Below, piece after piece: positions 36,076 to 43,550 of a DNA stretch of 43,550 nt. Numbering within the stretch: position 1 is the stretch's first letter; the number at the start of each line of letters is the position of its first letter. This DNA comes from a virus (Duplodnaviria > Caudoviricetes), in the IMG/VR virus record IMGVR_UViG_3300010376_000018, positions 1-43,550 of that record; one strand, given 5' to 3'. The notes below the pieces were generated by a model. The model saw nothing but the letters and a program-made list of their open reading frames with translations. It was not told the DNA's origin and made no database searches. The position numbers were made by a program, and so were the translations under genes.

Positions 36076-36313
36076 GTCCCTCTGCTGTTTTTGGTCCCGT
36101 GCTGGCGCCGCCATGGTAGCGGCAGCGTGTCCGCCCAGCGGCGCAACGGTTGCGGCAATGGGATCGCCGCAGGTACTTTGCCAACGCGTCAGGGCCCCGC
36201 GCTGCGGCGTTGGCAAGCCGTCCAGGTGACTTTGCCAGTCGTGCGCCGCATAACCGTTTGTTTTTGTTTGCTCTGCTGGTCATGCCGTATGACCGGGCTG
36301 TCTTCCGTGGCAT
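35936..36313 (-). CDS. HGGxSTG-domain protein
   Basis: LCGAR..C..RCRYHGGASTGPKTAEG. Confidence 0.85.
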   Translation of the reverse strand: MPRKTARSYGMTSRANKNKRLCGARLAKSPGRLANAAARGPDALAKYLRRSHCRNRCAAGRTRCRYHGGASTGPKTAEGLARSANNLKRAWIMRRKHAAARRAMKAQQESAAGRVADTSRDGETE

Positions 36314-36488
36314 GGATCGGGCCTCCGTGGTGTCGCTGGGCGGGCGGACGCTGCGCCCTGGTGGCGAGGCGTCAGTGATGTTGACCTATCGGGCCCGCCG
36401 CGCCGCCGAACTCAGGAACGGGCCCTCCCCGCCAGGGCCAAGTTAAATTTTTATCCGCCTCCCCCGCAACCGCATTCGATTTCAAAAC

Positions 36489-36518
36489 TTGACCTATGAC
36501 TTATCAAGCGTACCTTGA
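36489..36518 (+). promoter_or_regulatory. Rightward promoter with overlapping operator
   Basis: TTGACC at 36489, TACCTT at 36511; TCAAGCGTACCTTGA at 36504-18. Confidence 0.65.
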
Positions 36519-36538
36519 GCCCACAAGGAGGCGCACAG

Positions 36539-36748
36539 ATGCCACTCACCAAGCAGGACAGGCAGCGCGCCGAGACGCCGATGATCGCGTTCACCGCGCT
36601 CGCCATGGGGCTTATCGACCTGGGCCATGAGCCGGCCGTGGTGCTCGCCGCGATGGATGTCATGGCCGGGAACCTGCGGGCCAAGTTCGTGGCGCGGGAG
36701 CGCCGGCTGACCAAGCGGAGCCGCAAGCGGCCACGGAGGAAGCGGTGA
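36539..36748 (+). CDS. Hypothetical protein
   Basis: AAGGAGG RBS. Confidence 0.7.
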   Translation: MPLTKQDRQRAETPMIAFTALAMGLIDLGHEPAVVLAAMDVMAGNLRAKFVARERRLTKRSRKRPRRKR

Positions 36749-36963
36749 CGATCCGCTATGACGCGCCGCTGACCAGGGCGCAGGCCACGGAGGTTTTGGT
36801 GCGGGTGCAGACCGCGTTCTATGCGGTCGATGAGGCTATCGAACACGCGGCGCCCAATAGCTGTGAGCTTCACACCCTGCGGGTGGCGCGCGGCTTGCTG
36901 CGCAAGGTCGAGGCCAGCGCCCAGCGAAGGATTGATCTCCGCACAACCATGCGAGGAGATTGA
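36745..36963 (+). CDS. Hypothetical protein
   Basis: GTGA coupling. Confidence 0.6.
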   Translation: MTIRYDAPLTRAQATEVLVRVQTAFYAVDEAIEHAAPNSCELHTLRVARGLLRKVEASAQRRIDLRTTMRGD

Positions 36964-37172
36964 AAGCAATGACGCTCACCGTGTTGCGTGGCTGGCGCAG
37001 TCGCCTTGACGCCGCCAACAGGAAGGCGATGGACGTGCTGCGCGAAATCGAGTGCAGCCAGGACCGGGCGCAGGCGGATCGGCTGCTGCGCAAGGCCCGG
37101 CAGCGCCGCAATCACTATGACGCGACGTTGGTGCTCCGCGCACTCGACAAGGAAATCAACCGCAGTGGTTAG
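36960..37172 (+). CDS. Hypothetical protein
   Basis: GAGGAG RBS. Confidence 0.6.
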   Translation: MKAMTLTVLRGWRSRLDAANRKAMDVLREIECSQDRAQADRLLRKARQRRNHYDATLVLRALDKEINRSG

Positions 37173-37176
37173 GCCG

Positions 37177-37467
37177 ATGCACACCCGCACCATGTCGCAG
37201 GCCCAGCGCGACCGCTGGCAACGCTGGCGCCGCGAGCGTGAGCGCGGTACCGGCGGCAAGGAGAAGCCGAAAGAAATCGAGTTGCCGCCGCCGCGCGGCT
37301 GGCCCGATCATGAGTTCGCCTGCGGCCCCGGTCATTTGATCGGCCGTCACGATGGCCGCATGGTCGCCGCCTGCAAATGCGGCGGCTGGGCGACGTTCGA
37401 CCGGGTCAGCGAGCTTGAGGCCAAGATAAGATTCTACGATCATCTGGACAGTGTGGGGGTGCCGTGA
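37177..37467 (+). CDS. Hypothetical protein with H..CKCG..H motif
   Basis: Possible Zn finger; coupled to next gene. Confidence 0.55.
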   Translation: MHTRTMSQAQRDRWQRWRRERERGTGGKEKPKEIELPPPRGWPDHEFACGPGHLIGRHDGRMVAACKCGGWATFDRVSELEAKIRFYDHLDSVGVP

Positions 37468-37676
37468 GCCGCAGCCTGACCCGCCAACCGGACGATAAGC
37501 CGGGCCACAAGGTGCCCAAGGTGACGGTGAACTATCGGCGCGGCTCCAAAGAGGCCGGCTATTGCCGCACCTGTTCGATGTTTTTGCCGGAACGAAACCG
37601 GGCCGGCACCTGCACCCACGTTGCCGGCCTGATCTACCCGGAGGACACCTGCGACGATTGGGAGGCCAAGAAATGA
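37464..37676 (+). CDS. HiPIP-like four-Cys protein
   Basis: VNY..CRTCSMF..CTHVAGLIYPEDTCDDW. Confidence 0.7.
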   Translation: MSRSLTRQPDDKPGHKVPKVTVNYRRGSKEAGYCRTCSMFLPERNRAGTCTHVAGLIYPEDTCDDWEAKK

Positions 37677-37840
37677 GTACGCCTGAGCTTGAATTTAGGT
37701 CATTGGTCTTGCGCGGCATTTGGATTTTGATAGTGCTGGTTTTGCGCGCGGGCCTCCGCCGCCCTGGTTCTTTCGAATATCAGTGGCGGCAGGATGCGAT
37801 GAAATGTCTCAATGCCGATGCAGAGGGGTTTCCCGAATGA
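37673..37840 (+). CDS. Small membrane protein
   Basis: GGAGG RBS; one hydrophobic segment. Confidence 0.6.
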   Translation: MSTPELEFRSLVLRGIWILIVLVLRAGLRRPGSFEYQWRQDAMKCLNADAEGFPE

Positions 37841-38163
37841 TGAAAGATCTGAAACGCGTGTACGAACACCGCTACTTTGCCTTTGGTTTTTGCGTCATCG
37901 CCGCAGCGTTGACGGCACTCAACGGCTTCGACGCGTTCCGCGACGGTCGCGCTGCCGTGGCATGTTTCAGCTTCTTTGCATCCGGCGTCAATGTCGGCGT
38001 CGCGTTGTTTCTGTTCATGGTCTCCCAGCCCCGCTTCAATGCCCGCCAGCGCGCCGAAGTCGAGGCCGAGTTGCGCAAAATCTTCAACGACGTGTTTGCC
38101 GACGCCAAGCGGCGCGGCTTGGTGCCGCCCGATGCCGAAGTGGAAAACTTCACGCTGCAATGA
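37837..38163 (+). CDS. Two-TM membrane protein
   Basis: ATGA-coupled; two hydrophobic helices. Confidence 0.65.
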   Translation: MMKDLKRVYEHRYFAFGFCVIAAALTALNGFDAFRDGRAAVACFSFFASGVNVGVALFLFMVSQPRFNARQRAEVEAELRKIFNDVFADAKRRGLVPPDAEVENFTLQ

Positions 38164-38210
38164 GACGCGCTGTTCATTTTTCGCGGCGACCAGCTTGAAC
38201 TGGCGGCGAC

Positions 38211-38516
38211 TTGGGAGGAGTTGGCGTGACGCAGTGGTATCCGCTGGCGTTGTTGTTGCTGGCGCTGATGCAGGCTGGCGTTGCCGAAGGCTTGCGCCGT
38301 CGCCGCCGCTTGGTTGCCGCCGCTGTCTTGATGTTGTCGGCCGGATTGTTGGCGGGTAGCAGCGCGGGGCTAATCGCCAGTAACGCGCTCGCCGGCTGCT
38401 GGCCGTGGTCACCCAAGGTGGTTGAATTTTACCAGGGCATGACGCTGTGTCCCGGCCAGCGGGCCGTGTTTCGCGGCGTCATCAAATTTGATGGGCCGCC
38501 CGGCAAGGACATCTGA
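38211..38516 (+). CDS. Membrane protein (start approximate)
   Basis: Two hydrophobic segments; GGAGGAG RBS precedes a GTG near 38227. Confidence 0.55.
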   Translation: MGGVGVTQWYPLALLLLALMQAGVAEGLRRRRRLVAAAVLMLSAGLLAGSSAGLIASNALAGCWPWSPKVVEFYQGMTLCPGQRAVFRGVIKFDGPPGKDI

Positions 38517-38576
38517 CATGGTGGAGAAGGTGTGATGCCGTTCGTCATCCGACTGTGGCGGCTGGGCGGAAGCCCG

Positions 38577-38837
38577 ATGGCCCCGAAGCCGCACGCCAAG
38601 ACGGCGGCGCTGGCCGATGCGGTCAAGCACACGCTCGCCGGCAAGATTGACGACATGCTGGGCGAATATCTGCAAAGCTTCGATGTCGAGGCCCATGACG
38701 GACGCGGCGAGGCGAATTTTACCACCGACATCGCCAGGCGATGCGGTTCGAGGATCACGCCGCCGCATTCGAGGCGTGGACGATGCAAAGCAAAAAACGC
38801 CCGCAGCGACCTGACGGTCGACCAAACAAGCCACTGA
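38577..38837 (+). CDS. Hypothetical protein
   Basis: MAPKPHAK ORF. Confidence 0.45.
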   Translation: MAPKPHAKTAALADAVKHTLAGKIDDMLGEYLQSFDVEAHDGRGEANFTTDIARRCGSRITPPHSRRGRCKAKNARSDLTVDQTSH

Positions 38838-38911
38838 CCGCATTCAATGTCACGTTTGAGAAGGTGGAATGATGGGGGCACCGCCGACGAACACTGGGAG
38901 GCGATGAGGGC

Positions 38912-39124
38912 GTGACCGAAATGCTGGCCGTGATTGAAGCCCCGCATTTTTACGCGGGCATCGTGTTGCGCATTGGCCGCACTGCGGATGATGATCGCGT
39001 GATCGCGGCGGCCGATATTATCAGATACATGCGCGGCTGGTCGCGCGGCCGGGTCCGCGACTACTGCCGTCGCAAGGGTTGGAGGGTGTCGGTTGTCAGT
39101 TCCAGTTCCATCGCCAAGCCGTGA
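38912..39124 (+). CDS. Conserved phage hypothetical protein
   Basis: APHFYAGIV..AADIIRYMRGW..YCRRKGW. Confidence 0.75.
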   Translation: MTEMLAVIEAPHFYAGIVLRIGRTADDDRVIAAADIIRYMRGWSRGRVRDYCRRKGWRVSVVSSSSIAKP

Positions 39125-39131
39125 CTGGCGC

Positions 39132-39146
39132 TCAAGGTGCGCTTGA
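39132..39146. promoter_or_regulatory. Repressor operator
   Basis: TCAAGGTGCGCTTGA, intergenic. Confidence 0.65.
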
Positions 39147-39369
39147 GGTAAGCTTTCGACCGTCGCGGCGGCTAACGTCCGAAAATCGACCGATGACCGG
39201 GCGCGCTGTGTACGCCGCACAGGTCGCCGCGACACAGTTACCGGCAGGGGATGTTCACGTCGGTCAGCGGGCGGATCGGCGCAGCGAAACGTGGCTTGCG
39301 GCCCCTGTTGGGATGGCATGATCGTGACCGTTCAAAGCCACGGACGCCCGCGCCTATTTGGAGTGCCGC

Positions 39370-39699
39370 ATGTTCGGCTATCGGGTCCAGGGCCGCGCCT
39401 CACCGGGTTTTAGCGCCGGGCCGTGGCGGTGCAGGGGCGAGGCGCGCAAGGGCCGCCGCCGCATCCCTGTCGACGCCGTGCTGGCGCTGTGGCGCGACGG
39501 CCTGTCGTGCCGGGAAATCTCGCGCCGACTCGGCCGGGTGCGTGGCATGTATTTCTGCCCGGATCGCATCAGCGTGGTCATCTGCAATCAGCGCAAGGCG
39601 CGCGGCGCCGCGTCGGTGCCGTTTCATCGCGTGCTGATTGACGATAATTTTGTTGATCGCGGCATCAGCACCTTCAAACAGCGGGCGCTGGGCTTGTAG
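39370..39699 (+). CDS. HTH protein with GcrA-N-like helix
   Basis: LALWRDGLSCREISRRLG; GGAG RBS. Confidence 0.55.
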   Translation: MFGYRVQGRASPGFSAGPWRCRGEARKGRRRIPVDAVLALWRDGLSCREISRRLGRVRGMYFCPDRISVVICNQRKARGAASVPFHRVLIDDNFVDRGISTFKQRALGL

Positions 39700-39712
39700 G
39701 AGGATTTTTGCC

Positions 39713-39916
39713 ATGCTCACGGCGTTGCAATACGTCGGCACCTTCGCGCTTGGCCTGTGGTGCGGCTATGTGCTGTGCTATGAACTGACCATGGCGCGCA
39801 TCGAAACCATAACCAACGTCGCCTTGGGCTTTGACGATTGCGAGAAACCCGATGACCGAAGCCGAACAGGAAATGCTACGTCTCGCCGAACTATTGGTGA
39901 CCCTCGGTCCCGTTGA
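39713..39916 (+). CDS. Small membrane protein
   Basis: AGGAGG RBS; N-terminal TM. Confidence 0.6.
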   Translation: MLTALQYVGTFALGLWCGYVLCYELTMARIETITNVALGFDDCEKPDDRSRTGNATSRRTIGDPRSR

Positions 39917-40265
39917 GGCGATCCGCCTGGGCGAGCGTGAGCGCGGCTTTGAGCCGATCTTTCCCGGCGAGAGGGTATGGTTTCCGGCGGCCGATTGGTC
40001 GCCGCGCGACATCGCATCGGTTAAGGGCCATGAGGTCCGTATCGTCGCGATCATGGCGCGGCATCCCGGCTCTGGCGCGTTCTCCCGGCTGATAACCAAC
40101 ATTGCCAAGCGCCAGCTTGTGCCTATTGTGGTCGAGCCGCTGTTCCGGCGGATGCCGGATATTCTGCTGCGCTGGGGCTGGAAACAAACAATCGTCGGCG
40201 ACGGCCGGGCCCGGCAAGAGACGTGGCGGCCGACTGCGGAATGGATCAAACAACGCGCCGGGTAG
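39852..40265 (+). CDS. GNAT-like protein
   Basis: IVAIMARHPGSGAFSRLI..LLRWGW. Confidence 0.55.
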   Translation: MTEAEQEMLRLAELLVTLGPVEAIRLGERERGFEPIFPGERVWFPAADWSPRDIASVKGHEVRIVAIMARHPGSGAFSRLITNIAKRQLVPIVVEPLFRRMPDILLRWGWKQTIVGDGRARQETWRPTAEWIKQRAG

Positions 40266-40267
40266 CG

Positions 40268-40591
40268 TCAGCGTCCAAGCATCAAATTTATTTGCTGTAG
40301 CTCGATTTGCTGACGGTTCAATTCGCCGGCCAACACCGCGCGTTCGTTGACGTTCCATGTCCGGCGCAAGATGCGCTGTAGTTGCTCGATCTGCCGGATG
40401 ATCTGGGCGCGGCGGATTTCCAGGGTTTCGGCGTCGCCGATACTGAGGCGTTGTTCGACCGGCGGCGCCGCTTCCTCGAAACGCGCGGTGTCGACGCCGA
40501 CATCGAAGCCGCGCACCAGCGAACAGCCGCCCAGAATAAAAAAGCTGGACAGACGCGCGACCGTCCAACCAAATCCCTTGACGATTGACAT
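40268..40591 (-). CDS. Putative lipoprotein on opposite strand (moron-like)
   Basis: GAGGA RBS; FFILGG|C lipobox; coiled-coil C-terminus. Confidence 0.55.
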   Translation of the reverse strand: MSIVKGFGWTVARLSSFFILGGCSLVRGFDVGVDTARFEEAAPPVEQRLSIGDAETLEIRRAQIIRQIEQLQRILRRTWNVNERAVLAGELNRQQIELQQINLMLGR

Positions 40592-40656
40592 GGCTTGTGA
40601 TCCTCGCCGAGTCGAACCGCCCCGTTCCGTCCCCGTTCCCACAGCACTCTATCATG

Positions 40657-40688
40657 AAAAAGCCCGCCGCAAGGGGGTGCGGCGGGCT
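40657..40688 (-). terminator. Intrinsic terminator
   Basis: AGCCCGCCGCA/TGCGGCGGGCT stem with T-run on minus strand. Confidence 0.7.
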
Positions 40689-40753
40689 CAGTTGTCCGAA
40701 CCGTTGTTTCCCAGAAAGGATACCCGTAACTCACCAGGACGCCGGCAGTGTAC

Positions 40754-40768
40754 ACAAGCGCCGCTTGA
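40754..40768. promoter_or_regulatory. Repressor operator next to TACAAT
   Basis: ACAAGCGCCGCTTGA. Confidence 0.6.
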
Positions 40769-40781
40769 GTTACAATGGGGC

Positions 40782-40964
40782 ATGGCAAGCGACGATTGGG
40801 ATGTGAAGTACGAGAACAAGCAGGGCGAACAGGCGCTGCTGGTGACGTTCCCGAACGGGCGCAGCTACCGCTATGACGGGGTGCCGCCCGACATCGCCCA
40901 GCGGTTTGCCGAGTCCGATGACAAAGGCGGCTTCTTCAATGCGTTCATCCGCAAGCAATACTGA
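40782..40964 (+). CDS. KTSC-domain protein
   Basis: LLVTFPNGRSYRYDGVP..KGGFFNAFIRKQY. Confidence 0.9.
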   Translation: MASDDWDVKYENKQGEQALLVTFPNGRSYRYDGVPPDIAQRFAESDDKGGFFNAFIRKQY

Positions 40965-41170
40965 CCATGACCGACCGCTTGGTGCTGACCACACAGCCGA
41001 CACCGCGCTGGCGGGTGTGGCTGCGCCGGCTGTTGGCGGGCGCGATGATCGTCCCGGAGTACGATCAAGTCACCATCCTGTATCGCTGGGGCAGGCGCCC
41101 CAAGGTAATCTCGCGCCGTCCGGCGTGGTGAACGTGGCGCGCATGTTTGCCGCCGACATCGGGTGACGCC

Positions 41171-41359
41171 ATGGCCGACATCATCGAACTGCGCAAGGCG
41201 CCGGGCGCCAAGTTTCTTGGGCCCAACGCGCTGCAAACCGTCAGACAGTATTTCGACGGCGACCTGGGCCGCCAGTTCAACAACAGGCTACCGCCCGGCG
41301 ACCGCTTCATCACCTATCTGTGGCTGATGGGTTTCAAGGTGGTGCCGTTGGATGAGTGA
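41171..41359 (+). CDS. Hypothetical protein
   Basis: MADIIELR..LWLMGFKVVPL. Confidence 0.65.
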   Translation: MADIIELRKAPGAKFLGPNALQTVRQYFDGDLGRQFNNRLPPGDRFITYLWLMGFKVVPLDE

Positions 41360-41483
41360 ACAACAGCAACGCGTCATCGCCTCGATTGTCCGTTGTTTTG
41401 CTGACGGCGTGGTGGTCCTGCAATTCGGCCGCGCCTCCATCGTTTACGGGCGTAACCCTGCATCCATGGTGCATTGGGTATGA
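41352..41483 (+). CDS. 43-aa hypothetical protein
   Basis: MSEQQQRVIASIV...; stop overlaps TerL ATG (ATGA). Confidence 0.45.
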   Translation: MSEQQQRVIASIVRCFADGVVVLQFGRASIVYGRNPASMVHWV

Positions 41484-43516
41484 CGCCCGAAACCGAAGCC
41501 GCCATCCTCAAGCTCGGGCGCGACCGCTACTTGGCGCACCAAGCATTGTTTGGTCATCGCCATCCCGACAAGACGCCGCCGTTCCATCGCGACCTGATAG
41601 ACATGTGGCACAGCCGCGACCCGTATGGCTTGGCGATGGTGTTTCGCGAGGGCGGCAAATCGACCATCGCCGAAGAGTCGTTCGTGATCGGCGCCGGCTA
41701 TCAGCTATTCCACAACGCGATGATTATCGGCTCAACGGAGAAACGCGCCTGTGAGCGATTGCGAGCAATCAAACACGAAATAGAACACAACGAACTCGTT
41801 TCGGTCCTGTTCGGTGATCTCGTTGGCGACACATGGAATGAGGCGGAAGTCATCATGTCCAACGGCGTCCGCATCATCGCCCTTGGGCGAGGTCAGAGTC
41901 TACGTGGCACGAAACATTTACATTTCCGGCCCGACTTCTGCTTCTGTGACGACATTGAGGAGGAGGAGAACGTCAAGGACGCTGATGCGCGCGAGGAAAC
42001 ACTTTCTTGGTTCATGCGCGTCGTTGTGCCTGCCATGGATAAGTGGGGCCGCATCCGCGTCAACGCCACGCCGCTTGACCGCGAAGCCTTACCGTTCGCC
42101 TTGCAGCGCCGGCTGGGCTGGAAAACCCTGACCATTCCGATTGAGTATGTTGATGAACACGGCGACCGGCGGCCGACGTGGCCGTCGCGCTATCCGCTGG
42201 AATGGATCGACAAGAAGCGCCGCGACTTTGAGGCGGTGGGCAAGCTGGACGATTACATGAGGGAATACATGTGCGTCGCCGACGACCCGAAACGCAAATC
42301 GTTTACCGCCGACATGTTCAAGGTTGAGCCGCGCGTCCGCACGTGGCACCCGACTTATGCGTTCATCGACCCGGCGCGCACCACCAAACAAACATCGGCG
42401 CTGACTGGCTGGGCGGTGTGGTCATGGATCGGCAATCGCCTGATTGTTTGGGACGGCGGCGGCGGGCTGTGGAAGCCCGACGAAATCGTGTCGCATATTT
42501 TCAAGTTGGATGAAGATTACCGCTGCCTGAGCATCGGCGTCGAGGAAACCGGCCTCAACGAATTTCTGCTGCAACCGATCCGCCACGAAATGCTGCGCCG
42601 GGGCGCCCTGGTGCCGGTACGGCCGATGAATGCGCCGCGTGACAAGATGCGTTTCATCGAAGCATTGCAGCCGTTTTTTGTCGGCGGCGAAATCACCTTC
42701 GCCAAGGATTTGGCGGAGCTTCGCGCGCAATTCCTCAACTTCCCATCGGGCCGCATCGACGGCCCGAACGCGTTGGCCTACGCGCTGTTGATGCGCGCCG
42801 GTCAGGCGGTCTATGGCGAATTTTGCGGCGATCACGTCGCCATCGACGTGCGGCTGCGCCGCGACGAACCGGCTCACCTGTGTCTCGGCGCCCGCAACGG
42901 CGTCACCACGGCGGCGCTGTGCCAGTATTCGCACGGCACGTTGCGCATTGCCCGCGATTGGGTGCGCGAAGGCGAACCGACCGCGACCGTCGAGTCCATC
43001 GTCAAGGAGGCCCGCCTTGTCCAGCAAAATCTCAGGCTACTGGCTACCGGCGATCATTGGTCTGGCTTTAATCATCTTGGCCTGCGGGGTGCTGTGGCAA
43101 AGATACCGGACGAACTGCAACGCGGCGCCGCCCCCGAAATGGGGCGCAACGAACTTCGGGAGTTGCTTCGCCAGCGCACCGGCGACATCGCCCGGCTTCA
43201 AGTTTCAATAGACGCGCGCTGGGTCATCAACGGCTTTGCCGCCGGCTACTGCTACGGCATCGGCCGCAACGGCGCGCTGACCTCACAGCCGACCGATGAC
43301 CACTATCGCACGCTCATGGAGTCAATCGAAAGCCTCGCCGGCTTGCTCAAAGCCGGCCTCACCGACACCCCCAACTATGCGCGCACGGCCGGCGGGCAAC
43401 TGTACGTGTCGGCGCTGCCGGGGCAACGAGGAGTCACCGATGCGAAAGATAGCTTTCTTAATCCTGGCAACGTCACTGACGCTGGCGCTCTATCTGCTTT
43501 GCCAACCCGACACTAA
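41480..43516 (+). CDS. terL: Terminase large subunit with C-terminal extra domain
   Basis: Walker A REGGKST, LRG..RPD..DDIEE Walker B, NATP, nuclease FIDPA..EETG..DGPNAL. Confidence 0.92.
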   Translation: MTPETEAAILKLGRDRYLAHQALFGHRHPDKTPPFHRDLIDMWHSRDPYGLAMVFREGGKSTIAEESFVIGAGYQLFHNAMIIGSTEKRACERLRAIKHEIEHNELVSVLFGDLVGDTWNEAEVIMSNGVRIIALGRGQSLRGTKHLHFRPDFCFCDDIEEEENVKDADAREETLSWFMRVVVPAMDKWGRIRVNATPLDREALPFALQRRLGWKTLTIPIEYVDEHGDRRPTWPSRYPLEWIDKKRRDFEAVGKLDDYMREYMCVADDPKRKSFTADMFKVEPRVRTWHPTYAFIDPARTTKQTSALTGWAVWSWIGNRLIVWDGGGGLWKPDEIVSHIFKLDEDYRCLSIGVEETGLNEFLLQPIRHEMLRRGALVPVRPMNAPRDKMRFIEALQPFFVGGEITFAKDLAELRAQFLNFPSGRIDGPNALAYALLMRAGQAVYGEFCGDHVAIDVRLRRDEPAHLCLGARNGVTTAALCQYSHGTLRIARDWVREGEPTATVESIVKEARLVQQNLRLLATGDHWSGFNHLGLRGAVAKIPDELQRGAAPEMGRNELRELLRQRTGDIARLQVSIDARWVINGFAAGYCYGIGRNGALTSQPTDDHYRTLMESIESLAGLLKAGLTDTPNYARTAGGQLYVSALPGQRGVTDAKDSFLNPGNVTDAGALSALPTRH

Positions 43517-43550
43517 GGCGCAAGGCGGCGGCGCCCGCGTCATCGCCGCC
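43440..43550 (+). CDS. 63-aa secreted protein spanning the circular junction (continues to TGA at 143-145)
   Basis: GAGGAG RBS; MRKIAFLILATSLTLALYLLCQPDTKA|QGGGARVIAACGTPPATLAVGSLQIVFQNIHGQVCQ. Confidence 0.75.
   Translation, partial: MRKIAFLILATSLTLALYLLCQPDTKAQGGGARVIAA
43487..43550. repeat. Terminal direct repeat, right copy
   Basis: Identical to 1-64. Confidence 0.95.

Noticed and set aside
43487-43550. 64-bp terminal repeat as a biological DTR
   Set aside because: It falls inside terL and a junction-spanning ORF; best explained as assembler overlap of a circular or permuted genome
1-43550. CRISPR array, tRNA, diversity-generating retroelement, intron/intein, IS element
   Set aside because: No repeat-spacer array, cloverleaf, reverse transcriptase, TR/VR pair or transposase seen by eye

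Overview
The window is an apparently complete, circularly assembled temperate phage genome of about 43.5 kb; the 64-bp end overlap 1-64 = 43487-43550 closes the circle. Gene order is podovirus-like (P22-like): TerL, portal, scaffold, N4-gp56-type major capsid, adaptor, nozzle, fibres, GNAT, three ejection proteins, and no tape measure. It also carries a tyrosine integrase/excisionase with an intact attP-like site, an ERF recombinase, a cI/cro switch and a lambda-O-like initiator with iterons. A PraR/PhrR-like XRE and a GcrA-like HTH suggest an alphaproteobacterial (Hyphomicrobiales) host; this is inference. Most unusual: (1) four virion fibre/decoration-type proteins, one hidden across the assembly junction, carry Sec-type signal peptides and even numbers of mature-chain cysteines, suggesting export, periplasmic disulfide folding and late docking onto the particle; (2) the only recognisable endolysin (GH108) has lost its catalytic motif; (3) a PurD-like ATP-grasp ligase with altered substrate motifs ends the virion operon, and a capsid-adjacent protein ends in GGG; (4) there is a perfect chromosomal parS with no parA/parB; (5) TerL has a second, catalytically dead nuclease-like domain; (6) one 15-bp operator occurs at about 11 almost entirely intergenic sites genome-wide; (7) several repeated hairpin elements show covariation. 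All family assignments come from reading motifs by eye; no database search was run.
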